From the sequence record MK962750: a stretch of DNA of 64,000 nucleotides; one strand, given 5' to 3'. The position numbers were made by a program, and so were the translations under genes. The DNA is from Shigella phage CM8. The notes below the pieces were generated by a model. That model was given only the letters and a program-made list of their open reading frames with translations. It ran no database searches and was not told the DNA's origin. Within the stretch, counting starts at the first letter, position 1. Every line of letters begins with the position of its first letter. This document shows positions 61,913-64,000 of the stretch, piece by piece.

Positions 61913-64000
<2,088 letters not shown>

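Overview
This window is a T4-like (T-even, Tequatrovirus-type) phage genome segment, recognised from near-identity of many predicted proteins to T4 proteins as I recall them (e lysozyme, denV, tk, regB, nrdC, gp49, a-gt, gp55, and the baseplate/tail set gp53 through gp17). No database search was run; all names rest on recalled sequence, length and gene order. Layout: 1-44474 is an early/middle region transcribed on the minus strand (46, 47, a-gt, 55, nrdH/G/D, 49, pin, nrdC, an nrdC-to-tk block of unknown ORFs, rI, tk, regB, denV, e, nudE, a tRNA cluster, an internal-protein locus, 57B, 57A, 1, 3, 2, 4). 44522-64000 is a plus-strand late operon (53, 5, 5.4, 6-12, wac, 13-17). It does not look like T4 itself: nrdD is one uninterrupted 605-aa ORF, there are no genes between e and denV, and the internal-protein locus near 57B is different. 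The most notable features are a perfect 974-bp tandem duplication in the capsid-targeted internal-protein locus (39366-41313), four free-standing homing-endonuclease genes (three HNH, one GIY-YIG), a six-tRNA cluster with an adjacent degenerate tRNA-like element, and several accessory ORFs with recognisable motifs (macro domain, glycyl-radical GrcA-like, nucleotidyltransferase, P-loop ATPase, lytic transglycosylase). Many ORF-track N-termini are artefacts (TTG/GTG or read-through of promoters); starts were re-set to ATG with a Shine-Dalgarno where noted. Hand-derived coordinates for RNAs, promoters and hairpins are approximate to within a few bases.
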